A stretch of DNA of 64,000 nucleotides from Chlorokybus atmophyticus (Eukaryota; Plantae; Mesostigma and Chlorokybus algae), in NCBI GenBank assembly GCA_009103225.1, contig RHPI01002503.1:52697-116696 (forward strand), in the 5' to 3' direction. Shown here piece by piece: positions 52,832 to 64,000 of this stretch. The notes below the pieces were generated by a model. That model saw only the letters and a list, made by a program, of their open reading frames with translations, was not told the origin of the DNA and ran no database searches. A program made the position numbers and the translations under genes. Numbering within the stretch: position 1 is the first letter of the stretch; every line of letters starts with the position of its first letter.

Positions 52832-55621
52832 TCACGCCCACGCAGTTGCGTGCTGTGCTGGCAACGCAGCTGTGAAGAGCATAGCGTCAGGCATCAGACC
52901 CTGCAGCTGCTGCAGCCAGTCTTCCTGTGTGCACTCCGGAAGCGTGGGCTCTGCTGGCAAACAGGAGAGCTGACGCAGCACGTGCATTACCACACGCTGC
53001 TGCCTTTCCTGTGACCAAGGCGTTGGGGCGCGCGGCGCTGGCCACGTCGTAGACGATGTGCGCTGCTCCTGCAGCAGGAGGGGCTGCTGCGCGAGCAGCT
53101 GCAGCGCCTGCTCTTCAACGCGTTGCGGATTATCTGCAGGCAGCTTCGGTGCCCACTTATCGTCCTGCTGCAGGCGTGGGGGTGGTGCGCATCTGTAGTT
53201 GTCTGCTGCTGCAGCGTGTGACAAGTCGTCAGCATATTCCGTGTGCACAGGCGCACACGCAGCAGCAGCGCTAGTTGAGTTTTGTAGCAACGCGGGCTGA
53301 GTCAACGCAATAGCTGACACTGACTGCAGCAGGGCATCTGCGTCAGTTGCATTAGGCGACGGTGGCTGCGGTTGCGTAGCAGTCTGCCCGTCTGCAGCCG
53401 GAGCTTCAGCTAGTGCTGTGCGGTCAGCACCGTGCAAGTTCGTTCGAACGTGTACGACGGGCTGCTGGCAGGTGTGCAGCGTTGCTTGCAAGGCTGCAGA
53501 CGGGCCAGCTTGTGCTGAAGGCGCCGCGCTTGCAGGTGACGACGCTGCATGCATCACAGACCCGCTGCAGCGACGCCTGCTGCGGCGTGCCTCAGGCGTT
53601 GTTGGCGCATACTGTGTATGCGCCATGCAGACCATATTAGGCGTGTGCACATGTTCACGCAGGAGATATGCAACGTGTAAAGGCGCACCATGACATGGGC
53701 GAATGTACATGTATAGAAAAGGGGGGAAAGCCACACAAGTGTTTCCAACTTACGCACTGTGCCGCATAGTTTGTCGGCAGCCGCCTATCAACAGCTAGCT
53801 ACTCCAGAGCCTAGCTACTCACACGTTGTCGTCTGCTGGCGCGGCGGAATTCTTGCGCCAAGGGCGCTTGTCCTGTCCTGCTGGCGCCCACCTCCCGCGT
53901 TATGCTGCGGTTGATCATGGCGCCTGTCCTTGTCCGTGTGAGACGGCGTACCCTGCTCACGCCGTCTCTCACTGTGATTGTTGTCCTTGCTGCTGACGAT
54001 TCTGGCGACGTGCTGGAACTAACTGCGATGTTGGGCGGCTGTGCGCCGCACGTCACTTTACAGGTCGAGAACCTCGTCAATGAGGCGTGCCTCCGTGTAG
54101 GTCTGTGAGAGCTTGGTTTTTGCAGCTTCGAGCAAATGAGGCTTCACTAAATGAGGCTGCATTGTCCTCCCCAAACTCGCGGAAAAGGCTGGCTTCTAGC
54201 AGCACGTGAACATATGCGGCCATGAGCGGGTACCTTGAATCCGTGACGAGCTCCGAGCGCCTCCACATATCAAGGAGGCCTCGCATGGAGGTGTCAATGT
54301 TGATGCGGTTGACAATGTTTTGGCGGACACGCACATAATGTGACGTGCGTGCGAATTGTACAACATGTATGCCGTCACGTGCAAGCACCATGCCGTTGGT
54401 TTTGGCAAAGCCATCTTCGTCTTCGTTGGGTGGTGGGATGGGGGTGTGTGCAGTGACATCCACGGGAAGCATACACGATGCGGGTGCGGGTGCTTTGAGT
54501 TGTGAAGGTAGGAGGGTGACATTGAATGTGCCTAGTGCGAGATCCTCCACACCATCGACACGTGCTATCAAGCATTCACCATGCGTGCCGGGTACGTACA
54601 CCACCTTGTTGACGAGGGCGTGGAGGTCATGAAGAGGAGCCACTTCCTCGCTACTCGCCGCCCCCATCGTCCTCGCTTGAGTACAAGGCAAATTAGGTCT
54701 CCACAGCTGCGGAGAGGGCCAGGAACGCCCCAACTGCAGCGGTGAAGCGACGTTTGCAGCGCTGACGCCCTGCGCTCCTGGCAGCACGCAGGGTTGCCAT
54801 GCGGGCGCGGAGGGAGCCAGAGGAGCTGCTCCTTCCGGAGGAAAGGGTGCCGGTGGCTGACAGGGGAGAGGTGGCGCCGGCCGGAGGGCGTGGTGGAGGC
54901 ACGTGAGACATTTCCTCCAGTGGTGGGAGAGAGTGGTGGGAGGAGTGAGCGCGGCTCCGAGCTGGCGCTCTGCGCCTGGCGGGGCTCCGGCTCCGACTGC
55001 GGCTGCAGGTCCTGCTGCGGCTGGGGCTGTGGCTGCGAACGTCGTCCATGACGACGCCGTCGGGGAGCTGCTGCGCTGAGGGCGCTGTAGGTGGCGCGAG
55101 CTCCGCCTGTGGGGCGGAGTCCTGCTGCGCCTCTCGCGCGGGCTCTGGTGCCGGCGCCACGGCCTCCTGGGGTCCTGTTGATGCCGGTGCTGACTGGCAC
55201 GACGGGGAGAGCCCGACCCACCTGCCATGCGGGCTGGGGAACATGCGGCGCAGGTTGGTACGCTCCCTGCCCAACACCGTGCGGAGGCGACGCGCCCGAG
55301 GCTGCGCACAATGGGTACGCAACACCAACCTTGAGCGCCACTTGAGCAAGCAAAATGGCGCTTGCAGCGCCAAGGAGAATGGCAACAACAACGGCTGCCA
55401 CTGCAGCCGCAACAGTTGTAGGCTTGCCACATGTGGCGAGCCTGCAAGCTGCTCGGATTCTGGGCATTGCCCATCAGGCCGGCACTGCTGGCAGCGACGG
55501 CGTCGTTCCCGAGGGGCAAGACGACGCGACTGCGCACAATGGGTACGCACAACCGCACATCTGCTTGTGCGTCCTCACACACAACAATATTGCTATTGAA
55601 AGTATACATCTCGCCAGCCAA
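52832..55621 (-). pseudogene. Gag-like / ORF1 region of the DIRS element (overlapping, disrupted ORFs)
   Basis: Long Pro/Ala/Gln-rich ORFs (54077-55621, 54568-55467, 54693-55550, 52832-53734) lie between A1 and RT. Assigned by position, no diagnostic motif. Confidence 0.55.
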
Positions 55622-55651
55622 TGTCTTGGGCGAGTACTAATGCGTGAACAT
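55339..55651. repeat. Split direct repeat A1 (5' end of the element)
   Basis: Copy of 49276-49588; ends in GAACAT. Confidence 0.92.
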
Positions 55652-56658
55652 GACGCCGGCATTGTCAACCATACTACCATAATAAACAGAATGGTCATGA
55701 TCCATTCAAGGATATTGGTGTAAGTTGATTCATTACAACGAGAATAATTTATCATGCATCAATTTACTTTATACATGTGCATACAAATTTGCTTCGTCAT
55801 AGCTTCGTTTCATAATAATTCAATTCTTTAATGTTATACATAGGTTATTTCTCTCCATTGCTCCTAATCTGTGGTATTTTATTAACTTACCACAATATAC
55901 TATACTATATATAGCTTTTGTTACGGTTTCGCCATTGGTAGCCAGTTGCACCCGGAGGCATGCACCTTTTGCCGTGCCGCAAATAGTTGCATCACTAAGC
56001 TTAGGCCCATAAGCAATTAGCACGTGCTTGCAACATGTAGGAATCTTAACAAGGCATCATGTTAACAGAGCATGATTAGCTTACCGTAATGATGCATACG
56101 ACGTGATGCAGCACCCCGTATACAGGCAGGGTACATGATTCCATGACGATAACATAACGTTACTTATACACAAGTGAATACACTATGTTCAATGGTTAAA
56201 CCTCGTGGCATAAGGTTCGACTATCATAGCTAATTATAATCGTTTGATGTATTGCTATATTAGCATCCAATCTTACTTGCACTTGTTGCAAATATGTAAC
56301 ATGTATTATATACAATACTATCAAATACAAGCTTGCTTGTAAATTCTATATATATACACTATATATACTATATATATACTGTATTATTAGTAATCATTTA
56401 GACCTTTGCATGTCTATATAAGTGCGTGTGAAGGTTGAAGTAATAATTATTGTTGCCTGCAATATTATGGTCACGTTTTGTGTTTTTTTACGGTTTGTAC
56501 CCAATAATATATATGCATGATGTTACATATATGGTTAATCATGTATGCATAACATAAGCGAGGTGAATAGATAAAACGAGATGGCTAAGGTTTTGAGGGT
56601 TTAAATCTTTTGCTTTGTAGAAGCGAGAATAGAACAACTTGTTGTTGAGTAGCGTTGC

Positions 56659-56660
<2 letters not shown>

Positions 56661-56712
<52 letters not shown>
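56661..56712. repeat. (GA)26 microsatellite
   Basis: Pure GA repeat. Confidence 0.97.
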
Positions 56713-56715
<3 letters not shown>

Positions 56716-56941
56716 CATCTCCCCTCTCGAAAGATGCTTGCTGTAAGGGTAATACATCTAATAAGAATGTTATACATTGTCATAAAATCTTGCCAGACAG
56801 TAGCTGTTGGTCACTATACCAGTTCAGTGCTGATTCGATTGGCCCGTGTGTTTTCCTCATTCCGTGTTAAAAGTTGCCTGCCAAAATTTGTTTCAAGACT
56901 TAGTCATGATGCATGCTACGTTGCGTCGTTATGTGAGTTAG

Positions 56942-59900
56942 TCAGTTGCCATTGTCCTTGCGTATGCTATGCGTAAGACGCAAACTGAACAGTTTAAAAC
57001 ATGTGGGCCGCACAGATTGAGTGAGGAGATTACAACTAGAGCGAGCACAGTAAAAAACCCACGCAGCTAATTTGAGGAAAGATGCAAGTAACGACCAAGA
57101 TTGTGACGCACTGCTTGCATGCACATCGCCAAAGCGATCACCTGCAACAATCGACAGCATCCACTTTGCGCCTTCTCGAGAAGGAACTTGAGGTGCAGCA
57201 CCGGGCTTGGGATGGACTGCCAATGCAAGCGCCAACCGGCAGACGTCTGCTGTGGTCAGCTGCTGATCACCTCGCTGTAGCGACGCGTTTACCTCCATGA
57301 ACGCATCAACTTTATATTTGTTTATACATAAATAAAAACGCTGAAACAACTTGCGTACGCTTACAAGGAAACGCGCAGGATTGGACTACCTGCAAAAGGG
57401 CTGACTCTGCAGCAGCATCCGCTGCAGCACAGAGTTTGTCCTTGCTTTGGGGCAATTCAATTGCGGGGTTCATGATGGCAAGAAGGTCAGATGACGCAGT
57501 GACTGCAGCATGCAGCTCCCAGGCTGCAGTGTACAACATGCGTTACAACACCCAGCAGCTACGGCATTACTTGTGCATGCGCTATGCCAATGCTTAATGC
57601 CATAGCCTGGCATACCTGAATCGCATCCTCTAGACATTCTTAAAGCAACTTCCAAAGTGCGCTTAACCAACATCGTCTTCGGTTGGTCAGGTAGTGGCAT
57701 GTCTTTAACATGCAGGTCGCTACAAACCTTAGCAAGAAACCTGTTGCATGGCACGATGTTGCGTAAGTTGAGTAAGTTGTGCACTGCGTGTGTGGTAAAA
57801 GGTACCAGTGGCAAAGTGCTGGTACCTCAGTTCTTCATCGGATACTGTTGAGCCTTGTAAGCGACCGGCCAACAGCTCCTTTGATAATGCTGACGCCTGC
57901 TCGCTTAAAGCCACCTGCCAGCAGCAATTTGCCTTCACTACAATTGACTACATTGCCAACAAACCCACTAGGCGGCTTGGCAACTCCAACAATGCCCTCC
58001 CCACTTGTACAGCGCCTGCTGCCTCAGACGCTAATAAACCAAGCCAGCGACCAAACTTGTCCAGTCGTGCCCACCCGTTAGGCTCCATGCGACAGTCTCT
58101 CATAACATGCCTTGCCGCTGAAGTCTGCGTATCAACAACATCAGCTTTTTTGCAAACAACTTCATCACCGCAAAACTCACCCACCACCTAACCTTACCTA
58201 AACAGCAATCTATGACGCACTCAGGAGTTCTTGCGGGAGTGCCAGGATTGTGAACAACAAAGCGGAGATCTGCTTTAGGTCTGGCTGCTGCTGCAGCAAG
58301 AAGTTGACTTCCAGAAAGCTTTTATATAAGGCATTTGCTTAAACCACACTTAGGCGTCCGAAAAGCGAGCACTGGGCGATAACATCTTCGTGCAATATCT
58401 CGTCCCATTGGCGACCACCCCATGCTTGCAAGCCCATGGCCAAATTGGATGGAACCGACCGAAGTTCTCAGAATGTGTTGGCCCTATAAGAATGAAGGGC
58501 TCAACTGAGAGGTTGAAGTGACTATTGTGATCAACACGAGACATCTCTTTTATCAGTACAGTTGCTACCTATTTTGCATCAACCATACCTGTCCTAAGCA
58601 GTGCCTTTCCGACGTAGAAGCTCCTGTGTTCGTTCGTAGCACACTGTTTGAGCAGCTTGGCTCATAACCCATTGCAAAGTAGCTACGTGAGTAAGCAACG
58701 CCTTCCCCTCACGCGAAATAGAGACAAGACATGACATGCACAAAGATGTGCGCATGCTACCACTGACTGAGAGGTATAACAGACACGCATCAGAATGTGA
58801 AAGCAAAGTAGCATGTTCCACAGATTGGCAGCAGCACAATTCATCACAAACAACAGCTGCTGGCTACACATGTACCCACTGCGTACCATGGCTGTCAATG
58901 CAATACAGTACATGAGTTTGAAAATAGATACCAACCTGCACGTCTGGACTATCCCAGGTAATGCCTTTGCCGTAACTATCAATCGCCGATTGCACTTCCC
59001 CATTTTTGCAAGCAGCTTGCACACAGTCAGCTCTGCTAACTTGCGCACAACCTATGCATGACGCCTACCAACCTTAACATAGGTACTCATCAAACTCCTC
59101 ATCTGTGAGCGGCCAACGAGTTTAATAGCAGCTTTGTAGAAGCCACTTAGCTCTGCAGCCTGCCCTTCAGCACTGTCAAACTGCTCCCTGCTCAAGCCCA
59201 CAACAGTGTGTGCCGCGTCCAAGTTGGGAAATGTTCCCTGACCTGTACACGTTTCAGCCAATGTTGCGACAACCTCACACACGGTGCTTGCGGAATGTTG
59301 GCAAAGCGCGACAGGGTAGAAATGTTGCCAGCGTAAATGAAGCTAGCATACCGTTACCAATGTTGTGCTCAAGTACAGCCCGTCTGTAGACAGTTGTCTC
59401 AATAACATTTGCAACACCTTTATCAAGGCCGCACGCTTTCCGCAAGACATTTATTAAACTTAGACAGAGCACAACTAGCCACCCTCATGCCCACACGCAC
59501 ACCTCACAGTGTATGGGGAGTCGCACCATATTGCAGACAACACATGCTCCAACAATGCATACCTGCCAACAGCATCTGCACAACGAAGCTTACTTGCAAA
59601 TCCTTCAGGGCATCGCGGGTGATCTGCAACCCTTGCGCGTTGGGCGAGCCTAGAATTGCTTCCACAAAAACTGTATACAGAGCGCTTGCATCTGCATGCT
59701 CAGCAGCAATGCTAGTCTCCTCACTCTGATTTAGGAACTTCTGGATCATTAAGATTGCCGTGGTCTTGTCCCTGCAAACAAGTCAATTTGAGACGAGAAA
59801 TGTGCTAGGGAAGGCATAGACTGCCGTCTCATACCTCCAAACCTCAGATAGAACCTGAGATAGAGCCCAGCGGCATGACATACCCGGCTTTTACAGCATG

Positions 59901-61982
59901 AGCTGCATGTTCAAGGTTCACAACGTTCGTCAATGTACTGCTCGGCTCAGGTACCATTGCTTGGCTTTTATACCCAAGTTGCTCTATCCGAAGACGTGCC
60001 TTTGATGCTTCAAGCTCAGCGAGCACTGCCTTGGCCTTGATCAGCCGATCCTCTAGTGATGCAATGCTTTCTGAATCAGCAGTTTCTGCTTTCATGGTAG
60101 CAAGCTGGTCCTTCAAGGACCCCACCTTTCTTGATGCCAGCATAATGTCCTCGTAGATCGCAATCATAACTTTACAATTGCGTCCTTTCATTTGTCGTGG
60201 GTACCTCTAGGTGGGTGTCACTCAAGGAGGCCCTAACAACGATCTCGTATTAGTATCACTTTACATGCCTCAACTAGGTGCTAATACATCACAATGTGAC
60301 AAAGCGCACGCACGATGCCATGCCCTCATCACACCAAGGATGCATACGGGATGTGCAATGCTTGTGGACTACTGCGTGGCAAGTGTACCTCTGCAAGACA
60401 TTGTTTATGCGTTCCATCTCAACAAAGCTATTGCTTAAGTCTTCATCACTGGTAGCGCGACCAACATGATGAGTTGCAGACCTGGCTGCTGAGCGCCGAC
60501 TGCAGCTACCAATTTACTTTTACCTGATCCAGCCGCCCACTTCACTCGTGCTTGGAGAGGCTGTCAATGCAGCTGTTGCACGATCGTCATGCATGCACGA
60601 CATCCTTCATTTTTGTTCTTCGTTGTTGAGTGGCGAGTGCCATCGCAACGGCACTTGCCACTCAACAATCTTGCTTGTACCTCTGGCTGTCGTAGTGCAA
60701 GTGGTGGCTGTTAAAAGGCCTTGGTTGGTTCTTCCGCAGCCAATGCGGAGATACGCAGAGTCTCTTTGGCGGATATCGTAATCAGGGTCATGACATAAGC
60801 CACCGACTCAACAAGCATTGCCTGACGACTGATGAAGAAACCTCACCTGCGCCACTTTCTATGCAAGTGTGAAGTACAGCTCCCTCCTGCTCCGAGCGCG
60901 TGCCGACGCAACTGACAATGCAAGACGTTTCTGACGGAGAAAAAGGCAATGCGGCATCGGACACATCCAGAAGCATCGATGTATTGCAATCAAGCGGATT
61001 ATTACCTCAAGTCTAGCTCGTGCTGCCTTTTCCTGCTCTTCTCCCATCAATCTGGCTGCTGCACTGTACAACTCCATCATAACAGCGGTAAGACGCTCGC
61101 AACTTCTAGCAAGCGCTTGGACTGCAGGACATTGATAAGGGTTATTAATTTGCAACAAGCTCCAGCTCAGTGCTGGCACCACCTAGCTTGTGTACATGCA
61201 GGTGGGCGCGATTATGTCACCTGGGTGGGTGTATGCGTGGGTATGGGGTGCATGTTTGCATGGGTGCCTGTGAGCGCGTGCCTGACTACGTGCATGAGAG
61301 CGTGGGTTGTCCAACAACTTACAAAACACAGATTTATGCTCAAAGCATGAGTAGCAAGGAACAGAATAGCAGAAGCATAGCAAGGACTGTAGGTACTCAA
61401 TGTAAACAACACCCACCTTTGTTCGGAGCATCTTCGCGCTCCTGCCTCAAGCCATGCAGCTGTGTACTCAGATTTTTCGCATTCTGAGCAAACACGCAGT
61501 GCAGCACGCAGGCCCTGAGCACACAGTCAACAAAGTTGTCAGCGCGGTTGTCATGCATGCACCAAAACTAGGTTAAAACGCTTTTCATTCACATGCTAAC
61601 ATGTATGCTTGCCGGTTATGCGAACGGAATGCGTGTCAGCATGCACGCATAGCTGCCAGCGCAGCCTGGTACATCAGTCATCATCTGCCCTCACCACCCA
61701 ACGTATGCACAAACCATGCTAGTACTGTTCCAACTCCTGGGCATGCAATCTTTGACTATTACGACTGCGACTTGTAAGCATACGCACCCACGCATGCTTG
61801 GATGATGAGCGCGAGTTGAGCCTCAGTCCAGGCGACAGCAGCGTAACAGTCCATGCGCCAGCAGAAACCAGCTTGCAGCTCCCACCGCGGCGCCTAATGC
61901 GCTGGGCTGCCAGCTGCGCATACGGCGCTCGTCGTGCATACGCCACCACCACGAGCTTCACACCGGCCTCCACCGCTGCCAT
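56942..61982 (-). pseudogene. Large multi-exon gene of unknown family (helical/coiled-coil) with at least 7 in-frame stops; 5' end uncertain
   Basis: Phase-compatible GT-AG exons, e.g. 61121-61006, 60930-60847 and 58483-58198, and six consecutive 3' exons ending SIRKDNGN* at 56942. Coiled coil SLKDQLATMKAE..LEDRLIKAKAVLAELE. 60.1-60.6 kb and >61.2 kb are ambiguous. Confidence 0.65.
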
Positions 61983-62991
61983 GCCGCCCAGCAACGACAA
62001 GCCCTGACACTGCTGCCAGTACCAGACGCAAGGGGTGTGCAGTGCCCAGCGTCACAGTGTCGCGCGCCGTCTCTCCCAGCGCGTTGTAGGCGAAGCATGC
62101 AGCGTTGTGTGAACTTAGCGTACAAGTACACAAGTACGAAAATGGAGTTCAACAATTGCTTGTTGACTCATGTAGCTTGTGCAACGAAGCCTGATAGGCT
62201 ATATAATTGCAAGGTGTAATTGAAACATTTCCTTTTTTGCCTGCATCAATCGCATAAATCAGGTGATGGCGGCGTTCCGCTTGCTGTGGTACATGCGCAA
62301 TCCTCAGGTTGTAACTTTCTTGCTGCTAGCAGTCAGTGACACGTTGCATCGGTGCCCGTCCCGCGTACCTCATGCGGATTGGAGCCCTTTCACCCGCTTT
62401 TCACGGGTAGGTAGCGAAGTTTGACAGGACTCCGCTAGGTAGCAGTCTATAGACTGATTCGCCCACATCATGCATATCGACGACGATTTAAAGGCGCTCT
62501 CGCGCATGTGTCAGCAGCTAGCATTGCCTACTACAATGATGGCGTGAAACTGCGTGTGACGGCCGAGGTGGCACTTGCAGCCCTTGTTGGCGGTTGGGCG
62601 ATGGCGGCGTATGTGCTCATTTGTCGCTTTGCATCTGTTGGATCTGCACATGATTCCGACCTGAACATTGCTTCTCTACTTAAGCTTAACATTTAAAAGC
62701 GGGCACAAAGTGCCCGAGAAGAGCATATGATGGCCTGTATTCGCCACGGCCATCGCATCATGCTGGTCACAAGTTATGACTCACGACGTTGTGCGTAATC
62801 GTTACGCATGATGCCAGTAGCAGCCGCTGGCGTTGAACGCTGTTACTGGCATCATGCGAGAGGCGAGCTACACCATCTGTTGCAAGCAGACAGGGGTGCT
62901 CATCATCAAAGAGGATGAGCGCTAGAGTTTTCGGTTGTCATACATACATTGTCGCTTTGCGCGGGTTTGGGACTCGCGCATGCTGCTGAAC

Positions 62992-63323
62992 GTCACGTGC
63001 ACATGGTGACGGTCATCATCACAGGCAACTACTATCCAGCAAGATCGGCTGCACAAGCGCGGAAAGCGCTTCAAATACTTGGACCATTTTTCAACAGACA
63101 CGCGGATCCCGGTGACGATTGCACGATTGGATGGGACGCTTGTTGATGCATATGGTCTTGTTGGCCAGTTTTGCGCATGGAGCATTGGATGCCATGGCAG
63201 TGCCCATGAGATAACGTGCACGTGGTGACGGTCATAATCACATGCAGCTACCATGTATAATAACTATATACCAGATATATCGAGTAAATTCGGCTACACG
63301 GAGCGAAAAGCGCTTTAAGTACT
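62992..63323. repeat. Diverged ~90-bp direct repeat pair (62992-63080 / 63212-63323)
   Basis: ACGTGCAC(A/G)TGGTGACGGTCAT(C/A)ATCACA..GC(A/T)AC and TCGGCT(G/A)CAC..AAAGCGCTT(C/T)AA(A/G)TACTT each occur twice; the second copy has an ~25-bp insert. Confidence 0.7.
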
Positions 63324-64000
63324 TTAACTGTGACGGTGCTCGTGCCTTGTCACCTGTGAGTTGGTCCAATCCACAACCCTCTCACCAAGACACGGTATTC
63401 ACACCGGAACCTTGCCCCCTCTGCCAAGCACACACGCGCGCCCCGCCACTCGCGTACGCACGCGCGTGCGCTCGAAGCTACACACCGACTTGTGTAGCGC
63501 CTTGGATCGTCACACAAGCAAGCACACACCGGTAGACACACGCTAGCAACCCCTGCTAGCCACCACCAAGCTTGCACACAAGAAACTAGGGAGCTAAAGG
63601 TTGTATTGCAAGTTGTAGAATGTCACTTTTATACCTACCAGTCTGCACATGCTACTGTCTAGACGATTCTAGCGCTAGACGGAACTAGAAGCTAAGATAC
63701 TCTTGCAGAATCTTGTAGTACACTTCTAGACCTTTCCAACGCACCAAAGATCTCCTAATTTGCTGCTCATATGGTCAAGTTATACTACTTGGCGCCAGGC
63801 CCTTCCAGAAATCTGGTCGAGCCCTTCTCGACTGGCCCTCCGTTTTCTGGCACCTTCCGGACTGGTCTTGGGGCCCCGGTCGATATCCGCGGCAGACTCA
63901 TAACTCGCCGATATCCGCCACAAGTCATTAACAACATGTACCTTACAAACAAGGCCTAAAACGGCCATGAAAATCACAGAATTTGGCCTTGACTGTTACA

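Larger units (their letters stand above)
48947..55651 (-). mobile_element. Tyrosine-recombinase (DIRS-order; PAT/kangaroo/TOC-like) retrotransposon, 6.7 kb, degenerate, with split direct repeats
   Basis: RT-RNaseH-MT on -, recombinase on +, gag-like region 5'. Repeat order A1(55651-55339)..B1(49731-49583)-A2(49588-49276)..B2(49096-48947). Confidence 0.9.

Noticed and set aside
58198-58340. QQPDLKQISALLFTILALP as a hAT dimerisation domain
   Set aside because: Superficial similarity only; no ERxFS motif, DDE core or TIRs.
1-64000. tRNA, rRNA, snRNA genes and CRISPR arrays
   Set aside because: None recognised by eye; a tRNAscan-SE/Infernal run would be needed to exclude them.

Overview
Eukaryotic nuclear DNA from a gene-dense, intron-rich green alga (Viridiplantae; TPST, NIPA, TPX2 and PCC13-62 look plant-like, so possibly an early streptophyte alga, which is inference). 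The standard genetic code is used. From 1-48 kb I assembled 11 spliced genes by hand: petC, hisD, taxilin, TPX2, a NIPA Mg2+ transporter, a cyanobacterial-type F420-0:gamma-glutamyl-ligase-like protein with a probable plastid transit peptide, NAGK/argB, an mTERF-like protein, a penicillin/AHL-acylase (Ntn-hydrolase), a plant-type tyrosylprotein sulfotransferase and a secreted PCC13-62 ferritin-like protein. Three pairs are head-to-head, and several introns have GC donors. 48.9-55.7 kb is a complete but degenerate tyrosine-recombinase (DIRS-order) retrotransposon with A1..B1-A2..B2 split direct repeats and an inverted recombinase ORF. 57-62 kb is a multi-exon gene of unknown family whose splice sites and phases are largely intact but which carries at least 7 in-frame stops, each one C>T change away from a Gln or Arg codon. 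Exon boundaries and family assignments come from manual reading and remembered motifs; no database search was run.
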